From Gaiellaceae bacterium (GTDB lineage Bacteria > Actinomycetota > Thermoleophilia > Gaiellales > Gaiellaceae), in assembly GCA_035650615.1 (NCBI GenBank), contig DASRHI010000052.1, forward strand, positions 72,550 to 136,549: a stretch of DNA of 64,000 nt, given 5' to 3'. A program made the position numbers and the translations under genes. Positions 20,855 through 30,165 of the stretch are shown here, one piece after another (position 1 is the first letter of the stretch; each line of letters opens with the position of its first letter). Below the pieces are notes generated by a model that worked only from the letters and a program-made list of their open reading frames with translations, made no database searches and was not told the origin of the DNA.

Positions 20855-21308
20855 AGACCGGGTCGTAGCCGAAGCCGCCGGTGCCGCGGCGCCCGGTCGC
20901 CACGGCCCCCTCGAGCACCCCGCGCGCGTGGAGCTCCTCGCCGGCCGGGCCGAGCGCGACGAGCTCGCTGACCATGCGGGCGCGCCGGTCGGGCTCGCCC
21001 GCGAGCCGCTCGAGGAGCGCGTCGGCCTCGTCCCGCCCCGCCGCCCAGCGGGCCGAGTGGAGGCCGGGCTCGCCGCCGAGCGCCTCGCACTCGATCCCCG
21101 AGTCCTCGCCGAGCGCCCAGGCGTCCGCGGGCGCGAGCGACCGGGCGAAGCGCGCCTTCGCCCGCGCGTTCTCCTCGTACGTCCGCCCCGTCTCCGGCGG
21201 CCAGTCGGCGGCCGCGACCGGCTCGAGCCGCCAGCCCCGCAGCCCCGTGCGGAGCTCCTCGAGCTTGTTCCGGTTCCGTGAGGCGAGGAACGCCGTTACC
21301 GCCGCCAC
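20730..21308 (-). CDS. rdgB: non-canonical purine NTP pyrophosphatase (RdgB/HAM1)
   Basis: [12 protein letters not shown] and [35 protein letters not shown]. Confidence 0.9.
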   Translation of the reverse strand: [192 protein letters not shown]

Positions 21309-21958
21309 CGCACCGCGAGCGTCTCGTCGAGGTCGGCGAGCGTCGTCACGAGCCGCTCGTCGAAGCGGTCCGCAAGCTCGAGGGTGACGACGCGGCGGTC
21401 GCGCTCGTCCTCCACCTCCACCTGCCGCACGCCGGGGACGAGCTCGAGCAGCGTCGCCACCTGGGCGCCGTGACGCAGCTCGACGACGAGGCGTCGCTCC
21501 GGCGGCCGGAAGCGCTCGAGCGCCTGGTAGGCGAGGAAGCGCAGCGGCCAGAGCGCGAGCAGGGTGAGGACGGTGCCGGCGACGGCGGCCCAGTAGTAGC
21601 CGGCGCCGGCCGCCATCCCGATCGCCGCGACGATCCAGAGGCTGCCCGCGGTCGTGAGGCCGCGCACCGAGATCCCCTCGCGGATGATCGCGCCGGCGCC
21701 GAGGAACCCGATCCCGGTCACGATCTGGGCCGCGATCCGGGTCGGGTCGACTCGGGTGCCGAAGTCGTGGAAGCCGTACGCGCCCGCGACGGTGAAGAGG
21801 CAGGAGCCGAGTGCCACGAGCAGGTGCGTGCGGACGCCCGCCTCGCGCTCGCGGAGCTCCCGCTCGACGCCGACGGCGGCTCCGAGGGCGCCCGCGACGG
21901 CGAGCCGCGCGACCGCGTCCCAGCCGGAGAGCTCGGGGAGGCTAGTCGCGAGGAGCAT
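21296..21958 (-). CDS. MgtC/SapB-family membrane protein
   Basis: [38 protein letters not shown] and GLTTAGSLW, followed by a C-terminal soluble domain; 220 aa. Confidence 0.85.
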
Positions 21959-22652
21959 CGACCGCCTCCCGCTGGTGCACGGCGAGCTCGTCGATGCCCG
22001 CGGCGGCCAGGTCGAGCAGGTCGTCGAGCCGCCGCCGGTCGAACGGGACGCGCTCCGCGGTCGCCTGCACCTCGACGAGGCGGCCGTCGCCGGTCATCAC
22101 GACGTTGAGGTCGACCTCCGCGCCCGAGTCCTCGACGTAGTCGAGGTCGAGCAGCGACTCGCCGTCCACCACGCCGACCGAGACGGCCGCGACCGAGCCC
22201 GTGAGCGCCTTGCCGAGCCCGAAACGGTCGAGCGCGCGCCGGGCCGCCACGTAGGCGCCGCAGATCGCGGCGCAGCGGGTGCCGCCGTCCGCCTGGAGGA
22301 CGTCGCAGTCGAGGTAGACGGTGCGCTCGCCGAGCGCCTCGAAGTCGGCGACGGCCCGGACGGCGCGGCCGATCAGCCGCTGGATCTCGACCGTGCGCCC
22401 GCCCTGGCGGCCGCGAGCGGCCTCGCGCTCGGTGCGCTCGCCCGTCGAGGCCGGAAGGAGCGAGTATTCCGCCGTCAGCCAGCCGCGCCCGCTCCGGTGG
22501 AGCCAGCGCGGGACCCCCTCCGTGACGCTCGCGGTGCAGAGGACGCGGGTCGCGCCCTGCGACCAGAGCACCATCCCGTGCGGCCGGGCGAGGAAGCGCG
22601 GGTCGGCCTCGACCGGGCGCAGCTCGTCGGAGCGCCTGCCGTCCGCCCTCAC
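21942..22652 (-). CDS. rph: ribonuclease PH
   Basis: Tail of track ORF 21942..23507: [34 protein letters not shown], and [12 protein letters not shown]. The GTG start overlaps the murI stop (GTGA). Confidence 0.93.
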   Translation of the reverse strand: MRADGRRSDELRPVEADPRFLARPHGMVLWSQGATRVLCTASVTEGVPRWLHRSGRGWLTAEYSLLPASTGERTEREAARGRQGGRTVEIQRLIGRAVRAVADFEALGERTVYLDCDVLQADGGTRCAAICGAYVAARRALDRFGLGKALTGSVAAVSVGVVDGESLLDLDYVEDSGAEVDLNVVMTGDGRLVEVQATAERVPFDRRRLDDLLDLAAAGIDELAVHQREAVDAPRD

Positions 22653-23458
22653 GCAGCCGCCCTCCGGAGCTCGGAGACGGCGACGCGCTCGACGTCGGCG
22701 AGCGGGAGCTGGAGGAAGCGCTCGCCGAGGCTGCGGAAGAGCGCCGGGTCGCCGGTCGTGAGGAACCGGTAGGCGCCGTCGCGCGTCCGCTCGTTCCCGA
22801 AGCCCTTGCGCTCGAGCGTCTCCGCGACCTCGCGCGCGGTCTCCTCGGCGGAGAACACGAGCGTGACGTCCCGGCCGAACACGCGCTGGAAGACCGGGCG
22901 GATCAGCGGGTAGTGCGTGCAGCCGAGGATGACGGTGTCGCAGCCGGCCGCCCTGAGCGGCGCCGCGTACTCGGCCACGGCGTCGACGGTCTGCTCGCCG
23001 GCCTCGATCAGCGGCACGAGCTTCGGGCAGGCGACGGCGGTGACGTGCGCGCCCGCGTCGAGCGCGCGCACGAGCGTCTCGTAGCGTCCGGCCGCGACCG
23101 TCGCCTCGGTCGCGAGCAGGCCGATGCGGCGGTTGCGGGTGGCGCGCACCGCGGCCGCCGCCTCCGGCGTGATCACGCCGACGACCGGCACGGCGAGCGA
23201 CTCCTGCAGCGCCGGCAGCGCCGCCGAGGTCGCGGTGTTGCACGCGACCACGATCAGCTTCACGCCCAGCGCCTCGAGGTAGCCGGCGATCTCGAACGCA
23301 AAGCGGCGCACCTCGTCGAGCGGGCGCGGGCCGTACGGCAGCCGCGCGTGGTCGCCGAGGTAGACGAAGTCCTCGTTCGGCATCGTCACGAGGCACTCGT
23401 GGAGCACCGTCAGCCCGCCGACGCCGGAGTCGAACACGCCGATCGGGCGCCCGTCCAT
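22649..23458 (-). CDS. murI: glutamate racemase
   Basis: [22 protein letters not shown] and [10 protein letters not shown] (the two catalytic Cys motifs). Confidence 0.95.
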   Translation of the reverse strand: MDGRPIGVFDSGVGGLTVLHECLVTMPNEDFVYLGDHARLPYGPRPLDEVRRFAFEIAGYLEALGVKLIVVACNTATSAALPALQESLAVPVVGVITPEAAAAVRATRNRRIGLLATEATVAAGRYETLVRALDAGAHVTAVACPKLVPLIEAGEQTVDAVAEYAAPLRAAGCDTVILGCTHYPLIRPVFQRVFGRDVTLVFSAEETAREVAETLERKGFGNERTRDGAYRFLTTGDPALFRSLGERFLQLPLADVERVAVSELRRAAA

Positions 23459-23481
23459 GCGCCGATTCTAGGATCGTCGCC

Positions 23482-24393
23482 GTGACGGCGCCCGTCCGGA
23501 TCGGCACCTGCTCGTTCGCCGACGAGGCGCTCGTGAAGCACTGGTACCCGAAGGGGGTGCCGGCGCGGGAGCGCCTCCCGTGGTACGCGGAGCGGTTCTC
23601 GACCGTGGAGGTCGACTCGACCTACTACCGGCTGCCGGAGCGCTCGGCGGTGCAGGGCTGGGCCGACCGTACTCCCGCCGGGTTCGTCGTGCACGTGAAG
23701 GCGTTCGGCCTGATGACGCGCCACCCGGTGCGGCTGGAGCAGCTCCCGCCCGACCTGCGCGAGGGGATGCCGGTCGACGAGCGCGGCCGGGTCGACCGGC
23801 CGCCGCGCGAGCTCCGGGGCGAGGTCTTCCGCGTCTTCCTCGACGCGCTCGAGCCGCTGCGCGAGGCCGGGAAGCTCGGCGGGATCCTCTTCCAGCTCCC
23901 GCCGTACGTCGTCTGGAAGCTCTCCTCGCTCGACTACCTCGAGTGGGCCCGCGAGCGCCTCGGCGGCGACGCGATGCTCGTCGAGCCGCGCCACCGCTCG
24001 TGGTTCGCCGGGGACGTGCGCGCGGACCTGCTGCGCTGGCTCGAGGAGCGCGGCATGTCCTGGGTCGTGGTCGACGCGCCGAAGGTCGACGCGCGGAACG
24101 TGCCGGAGACGCTCGTCGCCGCGACGACGCCGCTCGCGTACGTGCGCTTCCACGGGCGCAACGCCGCGACGTGGAACGCGCGCGGCGGCTCGGCCGCCGA
24201 GCGCTTCGACTACCTCTACGGCGAGGAGGAGCTGCGGGAGTGGGTGCCGCCGCTGCGCGAGCTCGCCGGGGAGGCCGAGGAGGCGTACGCCTTCTTCAAC
24301 AACAACAACCAGACGAACGGGGTCGCGCAGGCGCCCGCGGGCGCGCTGCTCCTCCGCCGTCTGCTGGAGGAGGAGGGCGTCCCCGTCGCCTGA
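23482..24393 (+). CDS. DUF72 family protein (YecE-like)
   Basis: [11 protein letters not shown]...[23 protein letters not shown], and [14 protein letters not shown] match the DUF72 pattern. Confidence 0.85.
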   Translation: MTAPVRIGTCSFADEALVKHWYPKGVPARERLPWYAERFSTVEVDSTYYRLPERSAVQGWADRTPAGFVVHVKAFGLMTRHPVRLEQLPPDLREGMPVDERGRVDRPPRELRGEVFRVFLDALEPLREAGKLGGILFQLPPYVVWKLSSLDYLEWARERLGGDAMLVEPRHRSWFAGDVRADLLRWLEERGMSWVVVDAPKVDARNVPETLVAATTPLAYVRFHGRNAATWNARGGSAAERFDYLYGEEELREWVPPLRELAGEAEEAYAFFNNNNQTNGVAQAPAGALLLRRLLEEEGVPVA

Positions 24394-24394
24394 C

Positions 24395-24570
24395 GCGCAA
24401 CACCGTGAGGCCGGCGCTCGGCTCCTCGCGCGGCGCAACAGTCCGGGCTCCTCGCGCGGCGCAACAGTCCGGGGTCAGACCCCGGTTCGTTGCGCACGCG
24501 CCCGCGGACCCCGGTTCTGCAACAGTCCGGGGTCTGACCCCGGTTCGTTGCGCGCGCGCCCGCGCACCCG
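24395..24570. repeat. cluster of REP-like palindromic/direct repeats in the DUF72-GATase spacer
   Basis: There is a 26-nt tandem repeat, ctcctcgcgcggcgcaacagtccggg, at about 24422-24447 and 24448-24473. A 46-nt unit, gcaacagtccggggtc(a/t)gaccccggttcgttgcgc(a/g)cgcgcccgcg, occurs at about 24461-24506 and 24519-24564 with 2 mismatches. Each 46-nt unit folds as GCAAC..CCGGGGTC/GACCCCGG..GTTGC. Confidence 0.8.
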
Positions 24571-24588
24571 GCGCTAGCCTGGCCGGGT

Positions 24589-25266
24589 ATGCGGATCCTG
24601 GCGCTCACGCACGGCCCGCGGGTGCGCGCCGAGCTCTTCGGCGAGGTCGCCCGCGGCCAGGGCCACGAGCTCGTCGAGTGGGAGCTCCCGGCGCAGGGGC
24701 CGCCACCGGACGGCTTCGACGCGGTGATGGTCTTCGGCGGGCGGATGAACGTCGGCGAGGAGGCCCGCCACCCCTGGCTCGAGGTCGAGTACGAGCTCCT
24801 GCGGTCGTGGGTCGGGGCCGGGACGCCCCTGCTCGGCGTCTGCCTCGGCGGCCAGACGCTCGCCCACGCGCTCGGCGGCCGCGTCGGACCCGCACCCGAC
24901 TGGAAGGCGGGCTTCTACGACGTGGAGCTCACCGCCGCAGGGCGGGACGACCCGGTCCTCGGCGCCCTGCCCGAGCGCTTCGAGGCGCTCCTCGCGAACC
25001 GGTACGAGTTCGACCCGCCGCCCGGCGCCGCCCGCCTGGCGCGCGCGGGCCCGCAGGAGCAGGCGTTCCGGGTCGGCGAGCGCGCCTGGGGCGTCCAGTT
25101 CCACCCCGAGGCGCGCCGCGACCAGGTGCTCTCGTGGTGGGCCGACGGGCGCGAGCTCCCGGCCCCCCTCGGCGAGCTCGCCGGCCTGCTCGACGCGAAG
25201 CTGCCGCCGTGGCAGGAGCTCGGCCGGCGCCTCTGCCTCGCCTTCCTCGCGGCGGCGCGTTCCTAG
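24589..25266 (+). CDS. class I (type 1) glutamine amidotransferase-like protein
   Basis: LLGVCLGGQ (nucleophile elbow Cys) and WGVQFHPE (His/Glu); 225 aa. Confidence 0.8.
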   Translation: MRILALTHGPRVRAELFGEVARGQGHELVEWELPAQGPPPDGFDAVMVFGGRMNVGEEARHPWLEVEYELLRSWVGAGTPLLGVCLGGQTLAHALGGRVGPAPDWKAGFYDVELTAAGRDDPVLGALPERFEALLANRYEFDPPPGAARLARAGPQEQAFRVGERAWGVQFHPEARRDQVLSWWADGRELPAPLGELAGLLDAKLPPWQELGRRLCLAFLAAARS

Positions 25267-25892
25267 CCGCCGTACTCGGCGGCGTTGTAGCCGGTGCAGG
25301 CGGCGAGGGAGAGCACGATCCGCGGCGGCGGGAGCTTCCCGAGCCCGAAGAGCGTCTCGTAGGCGACCGCCCACACGCGGGCACGCCGGAACCAGATCAC
25401 GCCGGAGGTGTTCGGGAAGGTCGCCCGGGCCGCCGCCCAGCGCGGGTCGACGCGCGAGATGCACGGGTTCGCGAGCCGAGAGGCATCGCGCCAGTAGCGC
25501 GTGAACCTGCTCGAGCGGAACGCGGCCGTGAGCGCCGCGAGCTCCTCGGCGTCCGCGCGCTTCCCGTGCAGCGCCGCGAACCCGGGGCAGGCGACGCCGT
25601 AGAGCTCGCGCACGACCCGCGCCGGCACGAGCGCGCAGGCGCCGTCGGCGGGCCGGTCCGCGGGCCGCGACCAGACGAGGCGCCAGCGGCCGCGCTGGAG
25701 GCGGAAGAGCGAGTCGCTCTGCGCGACCTTGTAGCCCCACCGCACAGAGCCGTAGCGCCGGTCGGAAGCCGCGACCGCGATCCGCTGCACCGCGACGTCG
25801 CCCTGCAGCGCGCGCAGCGCGGCGCGCAGCCCCGCCCGCTCCCCCGGCGTCGGGACGGCAAGCGCGACCGCGGCTGCGAGGAGAGCTCTCAC
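25263..25892 (-). CDS. hypothetical secreted protein
   Basis: Track ORF 25263..25922. GTG at 25892 overlaps the rhodanese stop (GTGA). It has a signal-like N-terminus (VRALLAAAVALAV) and several Cys residues. No recognised family. Confidence 0.45.
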   Translation of the reverse strand: MRALLAAAVALAVPTPGERAGLRAALRALQGDVAVQRIAVAASDRRYGSVRWGYKVAQSDSLFRLQRGRWRLVWSRPADRPADGACALVPARVVRELYGVACPGFAALHGKRADAEELAALTAAFRSSRFTRYWRDASRLANPCISRVDPRWAAARATFPNTSGVIWFRRARVWAVAYETLFGLGKLPPPRIVLSLAACTGYNAAEYGG

Positions 25893-26239
25893 GTCTCCAC
25901 CGGCAGGTCGGTCCGCGACCACTCGTGCCAGGAGCCGCGGTAGTTGCGCGCGTCGTAGCCGAGCCGGCGCAGCACCTGCACCGCGAGCGCCGAGCGCGAG
26001 CCGCTGTGGCAGTAGCAGACCACCTCGCCGTCGCCGGGCGCGCCGACGCGGTCGAGCACCGCCTCGGGCTCGAGCAGGACGAGCTCCTGCACGTCGAGGT
26101 TGACGGCTCCGGGGATGTGACCCTGGCGCGGGTCGCAGGACGAGCCGAGCCTGCCGTCGTACTCGTCGGGACGGCGCACGTCGACGACGCGCAGCTCGGC
26201 GAGGCGCGCCGACAGCTCGGCGAGGTCGATGTCCGTCAC
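25889..26239 (-). CDS. rhodanese-like sulfurtransferase (single domain)
   Basis: Tail of track ORF 25889..26653: VDVRRPDEY, GHIPGAVNL, and the active-site loop CYCHSGSRS. The GTG start overlaps the GST stop. Confidence 0.8.
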   Translation of the reverse strand: MTDIDLAELSARLAELRVVDVRRPDEYDGRLGSSCDPRQGHIPGAVNLDVQELVLLEPEAVLDRVGAPGDGEVVCYCHSGSRSALAVQVLRRLGYDARNYRGSWHEWSRTDLPVET

Positions 26240-26766
26240 GCGAGCCCCCGGACGAGCTCGACCTCGGCGGCGACCGCCGGGCGGCGGGCGAGCTCGCCGA
26301 GCCACGCCTCGAGGCGCTCGGGCAGCTCGACGCCGAGCAGGTCGCGCGCGCGGATCACCCAGGGAGCGTAGGCGACGTCGGCGAAGAGGCTGCCGCCGAC
26401 CGGGAGCTCCTCGAGGCGGCGCTGGAGCTCGTTCGCCTCGCCCCGGCGGAAGGCGTAGTAGTCGTCGCCGAGGAGCTCGTCGAAGCGGAAGACGCGCAGG
26501 CGGGCGTCGGCCCGGGCCCGGAGGTCGGCCGGGAGAAGCGGCCGGTCGGGGTAGCGGTCGTCGAGGTACTCCATGATCACCGCCGACTCCGGCAGCACGA
26601 AGCCGTCGTCGAGCACCGGAACCCTGCCCGAAGCGTTGAGCTCGTAGATCCACGCCGGCCGGTCGCGCAGGTCGATCTCGACGCTCTCGTACCCGATTCC
26701 CTTCTCCGCGAGCGCGATGCGGACGCGGGCGCAGTAGGGGCAGCGGGGTGCGTCGTAGAGCTTCAC
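26236..26766 (-). CDS. glutathione S-transferase family protein with a glutaredoxin-type CPYC site
   Basis: Tail of track ORF 26236..27609: KLYDAPRCPYCARVRIALAEKGIGYE, GRVPVLDDG, ESAVIMEYLDDRYP, then a helical C-terminal domain. Confidence 0.75.
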   Translation of the reverse strand: MKLYDAPRCPYCARVRIALAEKGIGYESVEIDLRDRPAWIYELNASGRVPVLDDGFVLPESAVIMEYLDDRYPDRPLLPADLRARADARLRVFRFDELLGDDYYAFRRGEANELQRRLEELPVGGSLFADVAYAPWVIRARDLLGVELPERLEAWLGELARRPAVAAEVELVRGLA

Positions 26767-27713
26767 GGCTCGAGCCCCATCATCGCCGCGATCCGCTCGT
26801 AGAGCTCGGCGGCCGGCGGGAGCTCCGCCGGCGACGCGGCGTTCCGGGCCACGCGCCTGACCTCGGCGGGGTCGGCGCCGGTGAGGCGCGCGACGAGCGT
26901 CGGGTTCGCCGCGAGCGCGAGCTCGTCGCCCTTCGGGAGCTCCCCGTACCACGACGGCACCGAGAGGTACTCGTCGACCATCCGGCCGCGTTCGAACAGG
27001 CGGAAACGCACGACCGCCTCCTGCTCGAGCGCGAGCGCGACGACGACCGCCCCGAGCCGGTCGGACAGCTCCCCCGCGAGCCGCGACTGGGCGGCCCGGT
27101 CGCCGTCGAGCAGCGGGTCGGCGATCCTGATCCAGCCGTTGGCCGCGTCCCGTACCTCGGGCGACTCGAGTCGCGGCACGAACTGCGCGAGGGCGCGCTC
27201 GACCGACAGCCGGTCGTCGCTCTGCACGTGCGTCGCGGCCCGCGTCGGGCCCTCGGGCGAGTCTCCGAGCCGCCGCTCGAGCGTCTCGAGCGGGACGGCC
27301 ATGAGGTACTCGACCTCGTCGAAGCCGAGCCGGCGCCAGACGGCCAGAGCGGGCTCGTTCGAGCGGAGCGCCTCGAGCGTCACGATCGTCGCGCCCTTCG
27401 CCTTCGCGTCGGCGACGCCGGCGCGCACGAGCGCCTTCACGATCCCGCGGCGGCGGCTGCCCTGCACCACGTGCGCCCACTCGAGGTGCGCGATCCCGCG
27501 GTCGGGCGCCTTGAAGTGGGCGACGCCGACGAGGCGGCCGCCCTCCTCGGCCACGAGGACCGCGCCGCCGTCGAAGCTCTCGCGGATCGTGCCCCACTGC
27601 TCGGCCCACTCCTCCGTCGGGAATCCCGGCGGCTCGGGAACCTCGCGCACGAACTCCTCCCAGAGCGCGCGCAGCCCGGCCTCGTCGGCCTCGGTCGCGA
27701 GGCGGACCCTCAC
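26763..27713 (-). CDS. GNAT N-acetyltransferase fused to an uncharacterised C-terminal domain of about 160 aa
   Basis: Tail of track ORF 26763..28271: VRLATEADEAGLRALW, then HVVQGSRRRGIVKALV (acetyl-CoA loop), then WRRLGFDE. After this comes an unassigned domain (SVERALAQFVPRLES ... YLSVPSWYGELP ...). Confidence 0.7.
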   Translation of the reverse strand: MRVRLATEADEAGLRALWEEFVREVPEPPGFPTEEWAEQWGTIRESFDGGAVLVAEEGGRLVGVAHFKAPDRGIAHLEWAHVVQGSRRRGIVKALVRAGVADAKAKGATIVTLEALRSNEPALAVWRRLGFDEVEYLMAVPLETLERRLGDSPEGPTRAATHVQSDDRLSVERALAQFVPRLESPEVRDAANGWIRIADPLLDGDRAAQSRLAGELSDRLGAVVVALALEQEAVVRFRLFERGRMVDEYLSVPSWYGELPKGDELALAANPTLVARLTGADPAEVRRVARNAASPAELPPAAELYERIAAMMGLEP

Positions 27714-28510
27714 GCGACGCGCATCCCCGTCAGGAGGTAGTGCGCGGACAGGTTCTGGAACGGGTCGAGCAGGCCGCCGAGCTCGTGCACGTCGAGACCG
27801 TAGAGGAGCGCCGAGGCCTTCCGCAGGCCGAGGTCGCCGGCCGGCCAGGCGCGCGGCCGGGCGAGGTGGCGCGCGAGGAACCACTCGGCCGTCCACGAGC
27901 CGAGGCCGCGGATCGCGGTCACGCGGGCACGGACCTCGTCGTCGTCGAGGGCCGCGAGCCCGTCGAGGTCGACGTCGGAGCGCGCGAGCCCGAGCACGTA
28001 CTCGGCCTTGCGCCGCGAGAAGCCGAGGGCGACGAGCTCCTCCTCGGAGGCGCGGGCGAGCCGCTCGCGCGCCGGGAAGGCGTACGCGCGCCCGGCGCGC
28101 CGGCCGTAGCGCTCGACCAGCCGGTTGCGGATCGCGGACGCGGCGAAGAGCGAGACCTGCTGCGCGGTGATCGAGGTCACGAGCGACTCGAACGGGTCGG
28201 GCGCGAGCGGCGGGCGGAAGCCCGCGAGCCGGACGGCGAGCTCCCCGATCACCGGCCGCCCGCCGGCCCACGCGTAGAACGCCGGCAGGTCGAACTCGAG
28301 GCCGAGCAGCTTCTCGACGACCGGCCGCGTCTCCGCGTCGAGCGGCTCGACGTCGACCCCTCCGGGCGCCGCCTCGATCCGCACCTCGCGGCCCCCGACG
28401 ACCCGGTGCAGCCCGCCCTCGTGCCAGAGGTTCGCGAGGTCGGCCCCGAACGCGCGGAAGCGCTCGGTCGACACGTCGAAGTCGTAGGGCTCAGGGAAGG
28501 CGAGCAGCAA
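27710..28510 (-). CDS. alkA: DNA-3-methyladenine glycosylase II (AlkA-like, HhH-GPD)
   Basis: PFESLVTSITAQQVSL, the HhH IRGLGSWTAEWF, and the catalytic Asp context WPAGDLGLRKA; 266 aa. Confidence 0.85.
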   Translation of the reverse strand: MLLAFPEPYDFDVSTERFRAFGADLANLWHEGGLHRVVGGREVRIEAAPGGVDVEPLDAETRPVVEKLLGLEFDLPAFYAWAGGRPVIGELAVRLAGFRPPLAPDPFESLVTSITAQQVSLFAASAIRNRLVERYGRRAGRAYAFPARERLARASEEELVALGFSRRKAEYVLGLARSDVDLDGLAALDDDEVRARVTAIRGLGSWTAEWFLARHLARPRAWPAGDLGLRKASALLYGLDVHELGGLLDPFQNLSAHYLLTGMRVA

Positions 28511-29087
28511 CGTCGTCGAACGTCTCGAACGGCTCGAACGGCGTCCCGCGCGAGGCCAGGTACCCGGCGAGGTCGCCGCGTGCGAAGACGCGGTCGGCGG
28601 CGAGGGCCGCGCAGCGGTCGGAGTAGCCGTCGCCGACGTACACGAGCGGCCGGCCGGCCGGCAGCGCCCGCCGCTTGCAGAGGTCGCCGCAGACCGGGCA
28701 GGGGGCGTCGTCGGCCCAGAGCACGCGCCAGCCGTCCGGCCGCGGGTCGAGCCGGTTCGCGACGACCTCGACCCGCACCCCCTCGCGGGCGAGGATCGGC
28801 TCGATCGTCTCGTGGAAGCCGCTCGACAGGACGAGCGGCCGGAACCGCTCCGCGAACGCGGCGAACCCGGCCCGCACCTCCGCCTCGGCGACGAGGAACG
28901 CCACCGCCTCCTCGAGCGGCGCCGCGATCGTCCCCACCTCGGCCTCCATCACCTCGCGATAGCTGCGCGTCGCGCCGAGCGCGTCGTCCATCCGCTCGAA
29001 CACGTCCGGGTCGCCGAAGCGCTCGAGCAGCATCCACTGCGTGTCGCGGACGGTTACCGTCCCGTCCCAGTCGAGGACCGTGTACAA
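28491..29087 (-). CDS. HAD-IB family phosphatase (MtnX/phosphoserine phosphatase-like)
   Basis: Track ORF 28491..29201. LYTVLDWDGTVT is the DxDxT motif, with LSSGF and YVGDGYSDR also present. The TTG start at 29087 is inferred because the upstream part overlaps the divergent neighbour. Confidence 0.7.
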   Translation of the reverse strand: MYTVLDWDGTVTVRDTQWMLLERFGDPDVFERMDDALGATRSYREVMEAEVGTIAAPLEEAVAFLVAEAEVRAGFAAFAERFRPLVLSSGFHETIEPILAREGVRVEVVANRLDPRPDGWRVLWADDAPCPVCGDLCKRRALPAGRPLVYVGDGYSDRCAALAADRVFARGDLAGYLASRGTPFEPFETFDDVAARLP

Positions 29088-29112
29088 GGTGGGCCGTGGA
29101 GGGTAGTCGGCG

Positions 29113-30132
29113 GTGAAGGGATGGGCGCTCGCCTGCGCGGCCGCGGCCGCGCTCGCCCTCGGCGGCGGCGCCGGCGCCCAGGGCGTCACGCGCGGCGACA
29201 TCCAGCCGTCGTGGTCGCCCGACGGGACGAAGATCGCCTTCGCCCGGCTGGCCGGCGGGCACCTGCAGATCTACGTCATGAACGCGAACGGGGGCGGCCT
29301 GCGCGCCCTCACCCACGGCGCGCCCGACCACGCCGACCCCGAGTGGTCGCCCGACGGGAAGACGATCGCCTTCTCGCGGCTCGTGCGCGCGCACGGGCAG
29401 ACGCTCGGCGGCCAGGTCTACACGGTCAGCGCCAGGGGCGGCCCGGCGCGCCGGCTCACGGCGGGGTCCGGCGGGTACGACGAGCTCCTCGGCTGGTCCC
29501 CGGACGGCAAGCAGATCGCGTTCGAGCGGATCGAGGCCGGCGTCGGCTCGGTCTACGTGATGGCCGCGAACGGCGGCGGCCAGCACCGCCTGACCCCGAC
29601 CGACGAGGACGACGACTACCTCGCGGCGTGGTCGCCGGACGGGCGCAAGCTGGCCTTCGACCGCACGGCGGGCAACGCCTTCGGCGACATCTACGTCATG
29701 AACGCCGACGGGACGGGGACGCGCGCGCTCGCCCGCTCCGCCGCCGACGAGACGGTCGCGCGCTGGTCGCCCGACGGCAAGCGCATCGCCTTCATGAGCG
29801 ACCGCACCCGCCACTACGAGATCTACGTCGCCCCCGCGGGCGGCGGCGCGGCGCGGCAGGTGACGCACACGCCGGGCGGAGCGCACGACCCGGCCTGGTC
29901 GCCCGACGGCAAGAAGATCGCCTTCACGAGCTACGTCGGCGGGCAGTGGCAGATCGCGGTCGCCGGCGCGACCGGCGGCCCCGTCCGGACGCTCACGAGC
30001 TCGAGCGGCGACAACACGAACCCCGCCTGGTCGCCCGACGGCAAGCGGATCGCGTTCGAGAGCACCCGCGACAGCGAGTCGGCGATCTACGTCATGAACG
30101 CCGACGGGTCCGGCCAGAAGCGCCTGAGCTGA
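29113..30132 (+). CDS. secreted TolB-like beta-propeller protein (seven PD40/WD40-like repeats)
   Basis: Signal peptide [24 protein letters not shown], then seven WSPDG(K/T/R)xIAF repeats. Confidence 0.85.
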   Translation: MKGWALACAAAAALALGGGAGAQGVTRGDIQPSWSPDGTKIAFARLAGGHLQIYVMNANGGGLRALTHGAPDHADPEWSPDGKTIAFSRLVRAHGQTLGGQVYTVSARGGPARRLTAGSGGYDELLGWSPDGKQIAFERIEAGVGSVYVMAANGGGQHRLTPTDEDDDYLAAWSPDGRKLAFDRTAGNAFGDIYVMNADGTGTRALARSAADETVARWSPDGKRIAFMSDRTRHYEIYVAPAGGGAARQVTHTPGGAHDPAWSPDGKKIAFTSYVGGQWQIAVAGATGGPVRTLTSSSGDNTNPAWSPDGKRIAFESTRDSESAIYVMNADGSGQKRLS

Positions 30133-30165
30133 CCGGACGCCGCCCCGGCCGGCCCCGGCCGCGCG

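Noticed and set aside
24395-24570. CRISPR array interpretation of the 24.4-kb repeats.
   Set aside because: The repeats are contiguous or overlapping, with no unique spacers of constant length. There are only 2-4 copies, the units are strongly palindromic over their whole length, and there are no cas genes in the window.
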